In this document: piece by piece, positions 49,801 to 61,791 of the stretch
Position numbering within the stretch: position 1 is the first letter of the stretch
Layout: each line of letters starts with the position of its first letter
Origin: Balanoglossus misakiensis
Lineage: Eukaryota > Animalia > Hemichordata
NCBI GenBank assembly: GCA_040954595.2
Contig: CM082583.2
Span: 10,119,656-10,183,655 of the forward strand
DNA: 64,000 nt
Reading direction: 5' to 3'
The notes under the pieces: model-generated
Told to the model about the DNA's origin: nothing
Seen by the model: the letters and a program-made list of their open reading frames with translations, nothing else
The model's database searches: none
Made by a program: the position numbers and the translations under genes

Positions 49801-52800
49801 CCATTAATTTAAAATCGAGCAGGGATACTCATCTGTCCGTCTCAAACGTAAAATGACACGGTACCGCGTGTACGATAGCGGCGGAGAAATTTCCTCGAGG
49901 GGTCTAGCCTTGTTACAGAAAAAAGAACAAGGGATTGCCATATTTTCAAGTTTTACTTGCGGGCGTGCAAGACTTCAGGTAAAGAACATATACTCCAAAT
50001 TCATCGACCCTCGCATCGCAATTACTGGAAGCACCCTTGTTCCATGCCGCTCTAATTGGGCTAGCTGTTTCCTGCGGGCCCACCCATCCCAATTATTGAA
50101 AGAGCCCTCGCAAAAATGTAGCTATAACCGAGCGGTTCCATACACCTTGTCTTCAGGGAATATTTCAGCATGGAAAGGAAAGACGTGATAAACCGCACGC
50201 CATGTAAACTGAACTAGTATTCTATCATATTCCTACCATTCCTAGTAATTACTGCCCTCAAGACCTACAGTGTGTTATTTTACGTGTGTCATTTTCAGAA
50301 TGCTTGTCATTTAACCTAGTCACCCCCGGGGTCACTCTAGGCGATAACTACAGGTCGTTTGAAATTATCATTTGCACGTAACTTTACGTAGATTTGTGCG
50401 GAACCATAAATTTGGCTAACTGGAGTGATCATCAATTACATGTCTCTATCGCAACGTTTGAAGAAACGAGTTTAATTTACTTTGAGTATTGGAACATCCG
50501 GAGACGGGGAGATTTTGCAGTGAGGCACGGCTTCGGATTAATGAAAGCACTCAGTGAACAGAACTACTTTCTGTGTTACGCTTTCACCCACGGTGCCGGA
50601 TTTGGCCGGTTAACACTACGCGGGTAAAATATTCCTACCCACTGTGGCATTCACACATGCAAGATACATGTACAAGAGTTCTGTCCGTTTCTAATTTGTC
50701 GCCGTGACATTTGTGAGCGCTTGGTATAGCCTACATAGATTTTCTCCTAATATTTCGAAATGTCATGTCGCAGGTGAAATGTGTTTGCACATGACAGAGT
50801 GTTTGCACATGGCAGACACTGGACTATCATTAATAGACGCGTTTTCGTCATTACCTATCGCCAGCCATTCGAAAGGTTGAAGCTGATAGCGTTCTCCTCT
50901 TTTGTTGATTGTTTACCTTAACATCATACTAGTTTCGTGGGAATCGGAATGACATTTTGAAAGTGATGAGATTTTACCATTGACGTTGACCTGAATGAAA
51001 CTATCTGTGTACTGCGCAGAATGTTAATGTAATCTGCGCTGTGTCACACTCTGTCAAACGGAATGTTGGGTGTTGTTGGTTAGCGCTTGTTTATTCAGCT
51101 TCCAATTCGTTCTTTAAAAAAACAGATCTTGAAAGATATTCCCATAGAGAACTTTGAGTGGGCCGTTCAGCTGACGTGACAACACAGAGGTATGATAAGT
51201 GCATGCGCACGGTTTCTTTAGGCGCGCAATGTTTTTTGGAGAGCACCGATTTTTGATTAAAAAAAATCTTTGTGCTGGCTTATTATGGTTGTACCGAAAA
51301 CGATGATTTCATTGGCACAACTTTTACCTGTCTGGGAATAATCACAGCAATCCGCGCACAATTGCTGACGACATAGATTGAACAATAGCCTCTAAGACAC
51401 ACCTGTTTCGTCCGCCATGTTCTATTGTATAACAAACGTTATTCTGATATAGTTTCCCTGCAAACAGTCGATTTACTGCCTGTTTCCGGTGCCCGGTTAT
51501 GCACCGACGAGACAGTTCACATCTCGTGTCACAGGTAGGCGGAAGGATACTGAAGAAAAATTAAACACGGCATTGTCTCAGTGACGTGGAGAAGTCCTGC
51601 AAGAGCGGGTCGCCCGATAGTCTTGAATTCCGAAAGTGCCAAGGAAGCCCTTTTCGACGGAAGGGACAATCTGGACACGAGTGTCATCATCGCACCCGAG
51701 CGCAAAAACAAGAATGTACTTCCGCAGTAAAAGAGATGAAGAAACATGAAAGGAAATTAAGCTGTTATTCGCTTCTCACGTTTGTCAACGGTTATCCTGA
51801 GTATGGGCCTACATGAGATTTTTTCGCAAAAAAAACGTAGATCACGTAGAAACGTAGAAACTTGGTCACGGCACAGATATAGTAACAGGTGACAGAGATA
51901 ACCAGACACGTTTCTGTCAGAATGGGTGTTTGTAATTTTAATGATCCTGTAACGAAATTACCGAACACACAAAAACACACGTATCGGAGCGATGACGCGG
52001 GAAAATATAATAGACGTGATAATTGGAAGGGAGGACGATTGTTGTCGAAATCGTGAATGGGCATTCTCTGTAGCGCCATACATAAGAGTTAATTGAAGGG
52101 TGATCACATCACCGCTGGGTTAGCACAGCGATGAGACAGTTATGTAGCTATCGTTGACACTGTCTGAATCCGTAATCAACGTTCAGGGTAGTAAACAGTG
52201 CAGGCAACAGCCCGGGGATGTTTGGAATTGCTGTGATAAATGTCAAGCCATTTGCTTTTTGATGAACCACCCCGCCGAATGCTAAAGGAGAGTTTCGGAG
52301 TTGATTGGAAAAACTACTTTCCAGATATCAGGTCGAGCAATTGAAAGCAGACTTGAACTCATAAAATGAAATTACGCGGTGTTGGTGGTGATAGTGGTTC
52401 TTGTGGTGGTGATACATATTCCTACTGACAGTGGAACACATCAATTGATGTCGTTCGCTATTACTCAATTTAAACGGGTTGAACAAAAATGATAAAGTGT
52501 GAGAAGACGACTCTGTATGGGCACCCTACCGCCGATTGGCCACTCTATCTCCTGTGTTCCCACTCCCAATTTCCAGGTGGTGTTCGCATTTTCAGTTTAA
52601 CGATTTACCAAGCATCCGGTACATAAATCTCAATACATTGTTTCCGTTAGTGATCCCCCAGCATACAACGCCAGCTTATGCTATGTGCTGCAATCACCTA
52701 TACATCTAAAGCGCTGCAAACGTTCTTGTCAATGTGTTTTCCCTATAATAGCACGTAAAAGAGACGCTTAAACGGTTTAATGCCCGTGCACTCTGATCTC

Positions 52801-52808
52801 TTGAACAC

Positions 52809-53762
52809 TTATCTGGAATTACTACGGCGGGAACTGGACGACACAATTTCGTCTAGCCGACTCCGCCGACAGAAAATCCGGATGATAAATATCTTCTTCA
52901 TGTTCCTTCGGAAGGCTGTCCCCATGAAGGAATATATGATGGGGTTCAAACAGCTGTTGGCGTACGACAAACAAATGGAGATGGCGTAGGCACCCACGAG
53001 AGCCAAATTTGGCGGTCCGCCGCGCGACGTCAAGGTTACAAAGTTGAGGATGTAAAAGGGCAGCCAGCAGAAGAAAAACACCACAACGATGACGATGACG
53101 ATGTAGGCGACGCGTCTCGATTGCCGTTGAGTTCTGGCCGAGTGGCCGGGGCGATGCGTCCGTCGGAGATGAGCGAACATTTTGGAGTAGCAGATGGTGA
53201 TGGCAAAGAGGGGCGACACGAATCCCAAAATAAAGGTGGTCGCAATGAATATCGTGTCTCCGTTCACATTCGGAGGCCACAGAATGACACACATGCTGGT
53301 GGTGTTCGAGATCTGGTAGTCGTCCGCGAAGATCCACAGCGGCTGGCTGGCCAGGAGCGAGGCGAGCCACATCGCCAGGCTGATCAGTCTCGCCCGGTTG
53401 GTGGTGCGCACAAGCCGGCACTCGATGGGGTGAACGATGGCCAGGTGTCTGTCGATGCTCATGCACGTCAAAATGAAGATCCCGGTGAACTGGTTCATTC
53501 CGTCGAAACCGGTGACGATTTTACACATCACATTTCCGAAGATCCACTGCTTCGTCGCGAAGCGGTGCGCCTGCAGCGGCAACGTGCACAGGAAGAGGAA
53601 ATCGGCTATGGCTAAATTCAGAATGAATATGTTGGGTATGGAGCGCTTCGAAGAGTGCCTGACCAGGACGTAGATGACCAACAGATTGGCCACGATGCCG
53701 ACAGCGCATATGCAGATGTACAACGCCGGAATAATCTGCGTGAAGAAATGTTCAGCATTCAT
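52809..53762 (-). CDS. Class A neuropeptide GPCR, somatostatin / allatostatin-C receptor family, intronless 317-aa ORF
   Basis: Seven TM segments: GIVANLLVIYVL, NIFILNLAIAD, W.FGNVMCK, GFDGMNQFTGIFILTCMSIDRHLAIVHP (TM3 Asp and NQF as in SSTRs), FILGFVSP, FFFCWLPFY, LSYANSCLNPIIYSF (SSTR TM7 signature YANSCxNPxxY). The subtype cannot be assigned from sequence alone. Confidence 0.9.
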   Translation of the reverse strand: MNAEHFFTQIIPALYICICAVGIVANLLVIYVLVRHSSKRSIPNIFILNLAIADFLFLCTLPLQAHRFATKQWIFGNVMCKIVTGFDGMNQFTGIFILTCMSIDRHLAIVHPIECRLVRTTNRARLISLAMWLASLLASQPLWIFADDYQISNTTSMCVILWPPNVNGDTIFIATTFILGFVSPLFAITICYSKMFAHLRRTHRPGHSARTQRQSRRVAYIVIVIVVVFFFCWLPFYILNFVTLTSRGGPPNLALVGAYAISICLSYANSCLNPIIYSFMGTAFRRNMKKIFIIRIFCRRSRLDEIVSSSSRRSNSR

Positions 53763-56700
53763 ATCAGGTGTATCAAGGTAACTTTCACAGGCTGAACACT
53801 CTCAACGCGATGACAATCAAACCACCGCCCGCCCAAGCTCGCACCATCCGTGTGCCATCGACCAACAGCATATACAGCACCGGACCAAGGAGGTGATTAT
53901 ACCCGTTGATGAATATACCGTGCCCTGCACCAGGAATAACCCACACGCAACCTATCGAATTCCTCTTTTTACGACGGTGGACTTTGCGGACGTGGAGGAA
54001 GGCATCGCCGGCGGTATATTGGTTGGAGAACTTTTATTCCCGCGGCAGTGTCTCCGATCAACAGACGAGTAGACCAGGTTTTAATATTCCTACAATCAAA
54101 GGTCCATATAATGGCGAAGTTAACGGTGCGAAGTACTTACGGCAATGGGATTCTTGCACGGCAATCACAACTAAACAGCTCATATTTTTCTGGCCACCAT
54201 GATGCATTGCGGTCCCGAGATTATAGCGCGCACACAAAGGCAAATTCCTCCCATAGTTAAATCGTGTTAATTATTATCCAGTCATCGACTCCACCTATAT
54301 CAGGTATATAGCAGATACCTCCTGACAGTAACGTAAGAAGATGAGCGTTTCCAGTTTCGAGATGTGTCAGCGGTGATCACTCTGCTCACTGCTCGCTTCG
54401 ATGACGGTATGTTATACGACCAATGCCAGAGAAGAAACTCTCCAACCCGCGCGATTACTGACGACAAGCAGAAATCTAGTCCACGTGATGGGATCTCCAC
54501 GGCAACCGCGTTGGCACATCATCACGACTACGTCGGCAACCGCTTACCGCGCGTGAGTTGAATATTCTGTGGTGAAGTCAAATATGCTATTGGCCCCCAA
54601 GACCACCGTGGGTGACCCGCCCGGCCGCGAAGAGCTCCGTCGAAAATGGAAAAATCTGCAGTATTTTACATCGGTGCTTTTGAACCCCTGGATTGGAGCC
54701 TTGGATTTTGAAATTCGTGCGTGCCTGAAAGAAAAGCCCCCGGGTCAAACACGAATGATTTTAGCAATATTGCGGTGCTCTGATTTGGCATATGAGTCGT
54801 GATAGTCGAAAAGAAATGAAGCAAGAATTCAGAACAGATGCACTCATTCGGCAATATCCAATGACTGTCCCTCAGCAGGATATCATTTACATTACAAGGG
54901 AAATTGACGTTGACTCGTGTTTTTTGCAGTATACAGCGTTGATAGCAGCTCAGAAAATCGCCTGAGACAACGATTTAACAAATCCGATATCCTCGGTGAA
55001 GGTAGTGGGCCCTGCACCACGGTCTCAGTTTTCGTATCGGATGATGTACCTACTCGCACCGAGTTAATTAAAACCGACAGTCATTGCAAAAGCCACGGTG
55101 GTTGGCGTAAGTGATCCCGTTTGCCGCACGAATCGGCCATTTCCGGTCGGAGAAGCCGTTAGGCGTCAGTATTGACGGCGTGGGGGTCGGCGATAACCTC
55201 GCAAAAATCTAGAATATCTGACCCCAGACATGCCACTATATCACACCACTGCCTGGCAATTAAACAGTTGTGACAATCGGTTAGTAAACATTTGCACACA
55301 GAAATACTCTGCAGTTAAAATTTACTACTTGTTTATATTGCAGTTACGCGTAATATTCATGTCATGTATTAAATATTTAACACGGTAATCTGTGAGTAAT
55401 TGCCAACCGTTTATGTACATTTGTTACTGGGAGTGTTCTAAACAGGTCGGTCGTCTTCTCAACTTTTTATGCCCACTGTTCTAATTTCCACTCTAATGAA
55501 TCTATAAACAGTGTGACTGTTTTCATTTCTTTGTCATGTCCAGAACTTCAAACGAAGTAGGCTCAGCATTAATTGGCCGAATAATCTCACTTACCTTTGA
55601 TGAGAAATGTCGCTTTGAAAACATTCGGGCTACCACGACGACTTAAAAAACAGCAATTTGTTTGGCGCCAAATGCTCCGTTATCAATCATCCCAGAATCC
55701 TATTTTCCCGATGCCCCATTCTAGGTTACACACTATTCATTATCGCGTTCTGTCAATCAACTCACTTTGATTGATATTTTGTGGCACGCTATCACACTCC
55801 AGGAAATATCCACCTGGCCAAGAAATGTTTCCTCGCCATTGTATAATTAATTGCCTATCCACGGTCCTTCAGGCATAATTCGTCAGTGAATGTTATCTTA
55901 TTAAGATTACCCTTGGGCCTATCGCCGTTCTCTATTCCACTATTATCATTTTTGCGGCAGCCAAGCTGTATTTTGTGTAGCTGAATCTCACCCCCCCCCC
56001 GTCCTCGCCCCAATATATCAGCCCCCGGGTTATAAATTAAGTAAGGTCTCCTACCATTGGCGTAAACCACATATAGGTGCCCACCCCCGTCTCCGGTATG
56101 AAGTAGACGTAGGAAAGTTTGTACACAGAGTAAATGATAGCTCCTTTCTCCTGCTGATATCATAAATTGTTTTTCTAATATGACACATTGTTTTCTATGC
56201 TCCCCGCTCTTGACAAATATGAAATATTTATTCATTATCCACGTCGGAATTCGCCCTGCCGCCGTAAATCATGAGATTCCCTCGTTATGTTGTAAATTAA
56301 TCAGTGGCGGGAGCTTCGTGCGCTTTGTCACTTCTTCCCGGGGACTCCCAAGTTATGAATCAATCGGTGTCAGAGCAACTGCCACTCACGGGGCGCTTCC
56401 AATGTCTTCGACGGGGTACCTCAGTGACCCACGCCATGAATCGCAAGACCTGTTGCCGCCTCGGACATCGCTGTCTGTGGTGCCGCGCGGGAAGATGGCA
56501 CGCGCGTTTTAATTCAATCTACCATCTGTACACATACTATGTACATAGCAAAGTGTTGATTAATTAACATTGTGACACCGCTAACGCGACTGACACTGGT
56601 TCATAAATATTTTCCACGGGATTAAAAGAATTAGTGTCTCTCACTTCAAGTCCTAGTTGACCCCAGTCTTCGTTTTGTCAAGTTCGTACTATATCAGAAA

Positions 56701-59700
56701 GACGCGATTGGTGGCTGTATAATTAGCTGGCATATCGTATCCTAAAAAAACCTCGGTAGCTACAACATTTTGCGTTAGTACCCCCTTGATGTTATTTATT
56801 TCCATTACACATTTCAAGAAATGAAAGTTGTATCCGATTTATTTGCCATGCAATCACTCACGGTTACGGTTCAGTAAACCTCTGCACTTTCTTCCCATCT
56901 TCAAATTTCAACTGCCGTTTTTTTCGAAATGCCATTTTGGAAATTGCATTTAGAGCTTTCTCAACAAAGACATGTTATCAATGGCTTTCTTGGTGCGCGC
57001 CATATTAAGTCTCACGAGTTTGTCCTCTTTGTCGCCTAGGCAACGGTGTTTATACACCTTGGCAAAGTGCTTAGCGTCGCTGAGGTGTAAACTTTGGTAA
57101 TTCATGCTTCAAGTTTTGTGTCCCTGAATGACAGCCTTTATTACATTAGTTTGTGGATTGAACAAATGACTTTTGCTAGAGCGACGTGACACAGAGGGGG
57201 AGGGGGAGATCATTTGTATAAATTTCACAGCTTGTCGATCTATCAATAGGCTACTCATTGACTGTTGTCGTCATTGCCATAAATGTTTATGTCTTTACGA
57301 ACATACCTATTTTCCATCCGAACATAGATGACATTTTTGTTTTTTTATATTTAATACTGCCATGTCAAAAACATCATCAATTTGCTGCATAGTTTCGTGT
57401 TCGCTCAGTCACGAACTCCCTACTGCCTTCCAACAATCCACATTCGATTAGAGACAGCGGTCGAAGGACAGTAAAGAATGAAAAGAATTGTGTTTCATTC
57501 ACTGACGCAATGCAATTACAAACATCTTACAGAAGCAAACGGCCTTTGATGGAGTCACCGATAAGAAAAGCTGCGATTTAACCGCTCTTTATTTTCCGTA
57601 ATCCCAAGACTACGCCGGTTTACTCAAGGAGAATGCAATTGAGTTTATTCTCGATGACGCGTTTGTGTTATATCAGATGCAAAACACTCTCGTGAAATAC
57701 AATGTACATGCTAAACAAGCAGATGCATTAGGGATGGTCTGAAACACTTTCACCTCTCTTCCCCGACAATGTGCAATCTACCTTATCATGTCACCATGAC
57801 GAGCGAGGAAGGGAGGGAGGGAGAGAGCTTAAACTTTTTTCTCTTTGTCTGTGACTAAAACCAGTTCGCGAGACTTGGTCAATTCCAGTAACAACGGGTC
57901 AAGTCAATCACATCAGCGGACGCAAGCCATCCATTTGCTCATGCAAATACGACTGTCAAACTCGTATGTTGCAAAAATCCAAATATTTATTCGGATTCAA
58001 TGGAAATGTAGGGCAGTATCTGTAACTCATTTTTGCAGGCCAGGTGGTTTTGCTCCAGTCTGTAACAGCTCGGCGGGGGGAAGTGGCTGCCGTGTGCGTT
58101 GACATATTTCCTTCGTGAAAGCTGCGTAGGTTTCGAGTTCAAGTCCGGCCCATCATGAATGTGCGAGATTTTGTTCTGCTTTTACAAGTCGACGGTGTTT
58201 TTTCCGAAGCTGATCTGAAGCTCGGTTGAGCAGTGATTGAAATACTCCATTGAAGGTTCTTGCGTCCATCATGTCACCAGCGGTTGCCTTCGTGCGTAGA
58301 ATTGATGGGTTCGTGTTCAAAATTGTAACACCTTGGTTCAATTATCGTTTTTTATCTGCTCTGAACTGATTTACAGGATCCCAGGAATGTTCTCCATTAG
58401 ATTTATTCGCCCGTCTTATGTAATCCAATGTGAACGCTTGCATACGTTGACAATTCCTTTTAACACCTGTATAACAATACCAAGATCACACATGCTGTCC
58501 CCTTTTACGAATGAAACGACCCTCATCGAGTAATTATGACAAATGAGATTAGACTCTCAACCGATGCTCAGGACTTTGCACTTGCCAGCGCTAAAGTGCA
58601 TGTTCCATTCATCACTCCATGTTTAAAAGCTTATTGATATCGCTTTGAAGTTGTATACAGTCGGAAATGTAATTGATGTTCCCGGCGAATGAGCGCAATC
58701 AAAGTGTTTGGACTAACAGAAGCTGAATGCCATTATCACTAATTATACCTTGCACCATATGTCTAAGAGAAAGCATACTTTATCCACGAGACTACAACAA
58801 GCGTGTGGACGCACACAGATTCTTCAGGCTAATCTCCTTGGTCTACCTGAATTGGACATAGATTGACTCATTGCATTTTGTCGTCGAACATATTTTACTA
58901 GTGAATATCTGACACGTATATGCATGCTTGTATAACATATACGTATACATAAAACAAAGTATGTGGTACATCAACTTGATTGTAAAGGTCAAACATATAC
59001 GTGTGAGTCAGTGTACTTTTCACAGTCAGGCACTGTGTTAAATGTTCTTTGCGCACTCTGGTTTTATCCGACTTAAAACAACCATCACCTGCACGTTTTG
59101 GTTGTTGTTGGCTTAACAATCTCCTTTGTAAATCCCATGTTTTCAGGAGCTAGATTAAAACTTCCATTATTAAAATGGCCTTCAATGTAATGGAACATCA
59201 TACAGAAGCCCAGTGGCAATGCAAAACACGTGTTCCAGCTATGGTACCTACATTAGAATATTGAAAGGTCCAGTTGTCTGCAGGATATGGCATGATCACT
59301 TTTGATTGGATGTAAGAGACTTGGGTACGGTTCTTGAAATGCCAAATTCATTTGGCCTTCAAAGTATTTCAGCGTGTTTTGAGCAGCAGCATTAGCACCG
59401 CCAACTCGTCATATTCGTTTTCAAATCAATCAGTGAAAGGATGCACTACAGGCGCAGTCTTAAAACAAGGGTATCCCAAACACTAGTTAAGCTGTTATTC
59501 GGGCGTGGACTTTTTTTCCTTGTAACGCCGGGAAGTAGTTTGTGTCTACAGACGTGCGCCATCATGTAGCTGTCAATGGACAGTGATGAGAGTAGCCAAT
59601 CGCCCCAAATCCATGTTGCATGGCTCGGGAGACATGCACATCAGGCCGAGATGACGAAGCCTGGCCATATGACTGTCATTCAACCAGAATTCTGCCCAAG

Positions 59701-61339
59701 GGCTCTGCTGATGGAAAGATCAACAGTTGACGTGGGTGGGTTGTCTACATGTTAACTTTTGAAAGTAATCCACTTATGTCTGTCCGTCCGTCAGGGTCGT
59801 TACCATTTAAAATATTCTGGTAAATCCCCTCAGCAGAATTGGGAGCAAAAAGGATGCTACAGGTCAAATGAAGTAAAGATACTGCCCTCGTTTTATACAA
59901 AGCTCCTCCGGAACGATGCAAATCCTAACATAATATTCGTCGCACTAGTGAAGATTGACTACGTATATCACTACTGCTAAATTTTTCACGAAACGTTTAT
60001 TATTGAAGCCAAGCGAAGCGTTAAATCCAACGACCAGACGACAACAATATTTGTCATGTCGCCTTTCGTTAACGCTTACATCAGCGGGGTTGAGGAAAAT
60101 GCGTCGTTTATATCCTAGAAACCCTAACTGTGTAAATAATGTCGACGCCACTGAAGGCCCATGTTTTGCAGATAGTTGAGAATTGCACAGCAGACATTGT
60201 TTGAAGAGAGTGAGTACGCTAATTCTTCGATCAGCGACTTAAATGCGAGAACCATTTTTGTTACCGAATCTTTATCTCTTCAAATCTTTCCCCATAACAA
60301 GCAGGCTTAAAATTTGTGTTCGACAGAAAAGCGCAGTGTCGCTAATCTGTGGAGACGTCTTTATTGCGGAAGACGCAGTCATGCAGCCACACGAGCCCGT
60401 GCTCGTTAAAAGTGATCAGTGCCCTCTGCCGCCCGTTGAGAACTAATTCCCAGTGGGTGTGAAATTGAGGGCAGTGACGTTGATTTGTTCCAGCCACTCA
60501 CAACGCAGCGTATAGTAGCGCATGATGGAAAAGCGGTGTGCTTTTGAAGCCCCCGCGCACGAATCTATCTCACAAAATGAAAAGACGTGCTAGTTTACCC
60601 TGTTGATCAGGAGAGTTCCTCTTTCTCAAACCCTACCCCCGACTGGTGGGTGATATATGTACTTTCCAAGAACCAACAATAGAAACATAATGGATGCACC
60701 ACGTATTCAAAGAAGAAGAACTTGCCTAATTTTTTTTTTAAAGAATTAAGTTCAGCTTTCACAATAATTTTCAAACCACTATCACTTTTCAAAAGCTTTA
60801 CATCTATCCATCACATACAGTCAGTGCTTTAACGAACACGTTTTCTTTCTGTCCGTCTGCCCTAATTACACCGTTACGTAATTTTCACAGCCCGTGCTCA
60901 TGGTGCAGTTTACTCCTCGGTGGTTCTTCGCACCTAGCCAAATATAGACGATATTTATAACAGCGTACATGTACTTCAAGGCTACATTTTTCGCAATCTC
61001 ATTTCCGAAGGCTGCGTGGATGCGATAATTGGCAAAGCTAATCTTCTTGGCGAGCGCAGAAGCACGAAATAACACACGTGTGATTTTAAGAGCGAGCCAT
61101 AACAAGAAATGCGAGGGTTTAGTAACATCGTGATGAAAACCATCATAAAATAAACAATCACGTAAACGGACAAAACTTTATTATACTTCATAAACTGTAG
61201 AACTGTATTAGCAGAGTGACACATGCTGGGTATTGTGTGTGTAAAACGTGGAGATATCAAGCTCACAACCAAAGCCATATCCGCATTTTATCTTCTTGCA
61301 CTGACTTCAAAAAAGCACTAACCATATCGGTACATTTAA

Positions 61340-61501
61340 TGCACCCTTTTCATAGCGCCCTCACGCAGCCATCGTGAATTTGAACTCAAAGCGAGGCCGA
61401 AAGGGAAAGTTGACCAATCAAATCAAGGGATTTTTCCCCAATGGTCTCGCTTTGAGTTCAAATATAATTCACGATGGCTCCCCAAAGGCGCTAGAATTAT
61501 G
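61340..61501. mobile_element. MITE-like palindromic element, copy 2 (inverted relative to copy 1)
   Basis: Arms gcagccatcgtgaatttgaactcaaagcgaggcc / ggtctcgctttgagttcaaa...ttcacgatggct. The loop gggaaagttgaccaatcaaatcaaggga matches the reverse complement of the copy-1 loop. Confidence 0.72.
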
Positions 61502-61702
61502 TTTGATATATTATGAGTAAACATGTACATTTATACCAATCCAAGGCCCAACAGCAGTCGACGGTATATGTAACTCATCCGTATCTAATCGTATAGACAC
61601 ATCAATTTATAGATAAAATTTGCATACATATTGCACGGTGTGTGGAGAGGCCGTGGTTAGTTGCAAAGCGCTCCTTTTCGGTTCTCAACATTTGTATAGT
61701 GC

Positions 61703-61791
61703 GGGCATTGCACCCACGATTCGAACTGGGGTCTTGCTTATGATTTAGATCAATAGTGCACAGGGAATAAAATACCACTGTCATGGACGCC
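61703..61791 (-). repeat. Possible degenerate tRNA-derived SINE head
   Basis: On -: A-box-like catgacagtgg and B-box gttcgaatc within a ccca...tggg T-arm-like stem; no full cloverleaf. Confidence 0.25.

Noticed and set aside
52822-53673. Overlapping ORFs (214 aa on -, 164 aa and 78 aa on +) across the GPCR
   Set aside because: Alternative-frame and antisense shadows caused by the GC-rich codon usage of the GPCR.
58075-58152. B-box-like gagttcaagtcc suggesting a tRNA gene
   Set aside because: No convincing cloverleaf, acceptor stem or A box; at most a decayed SINE fragment.
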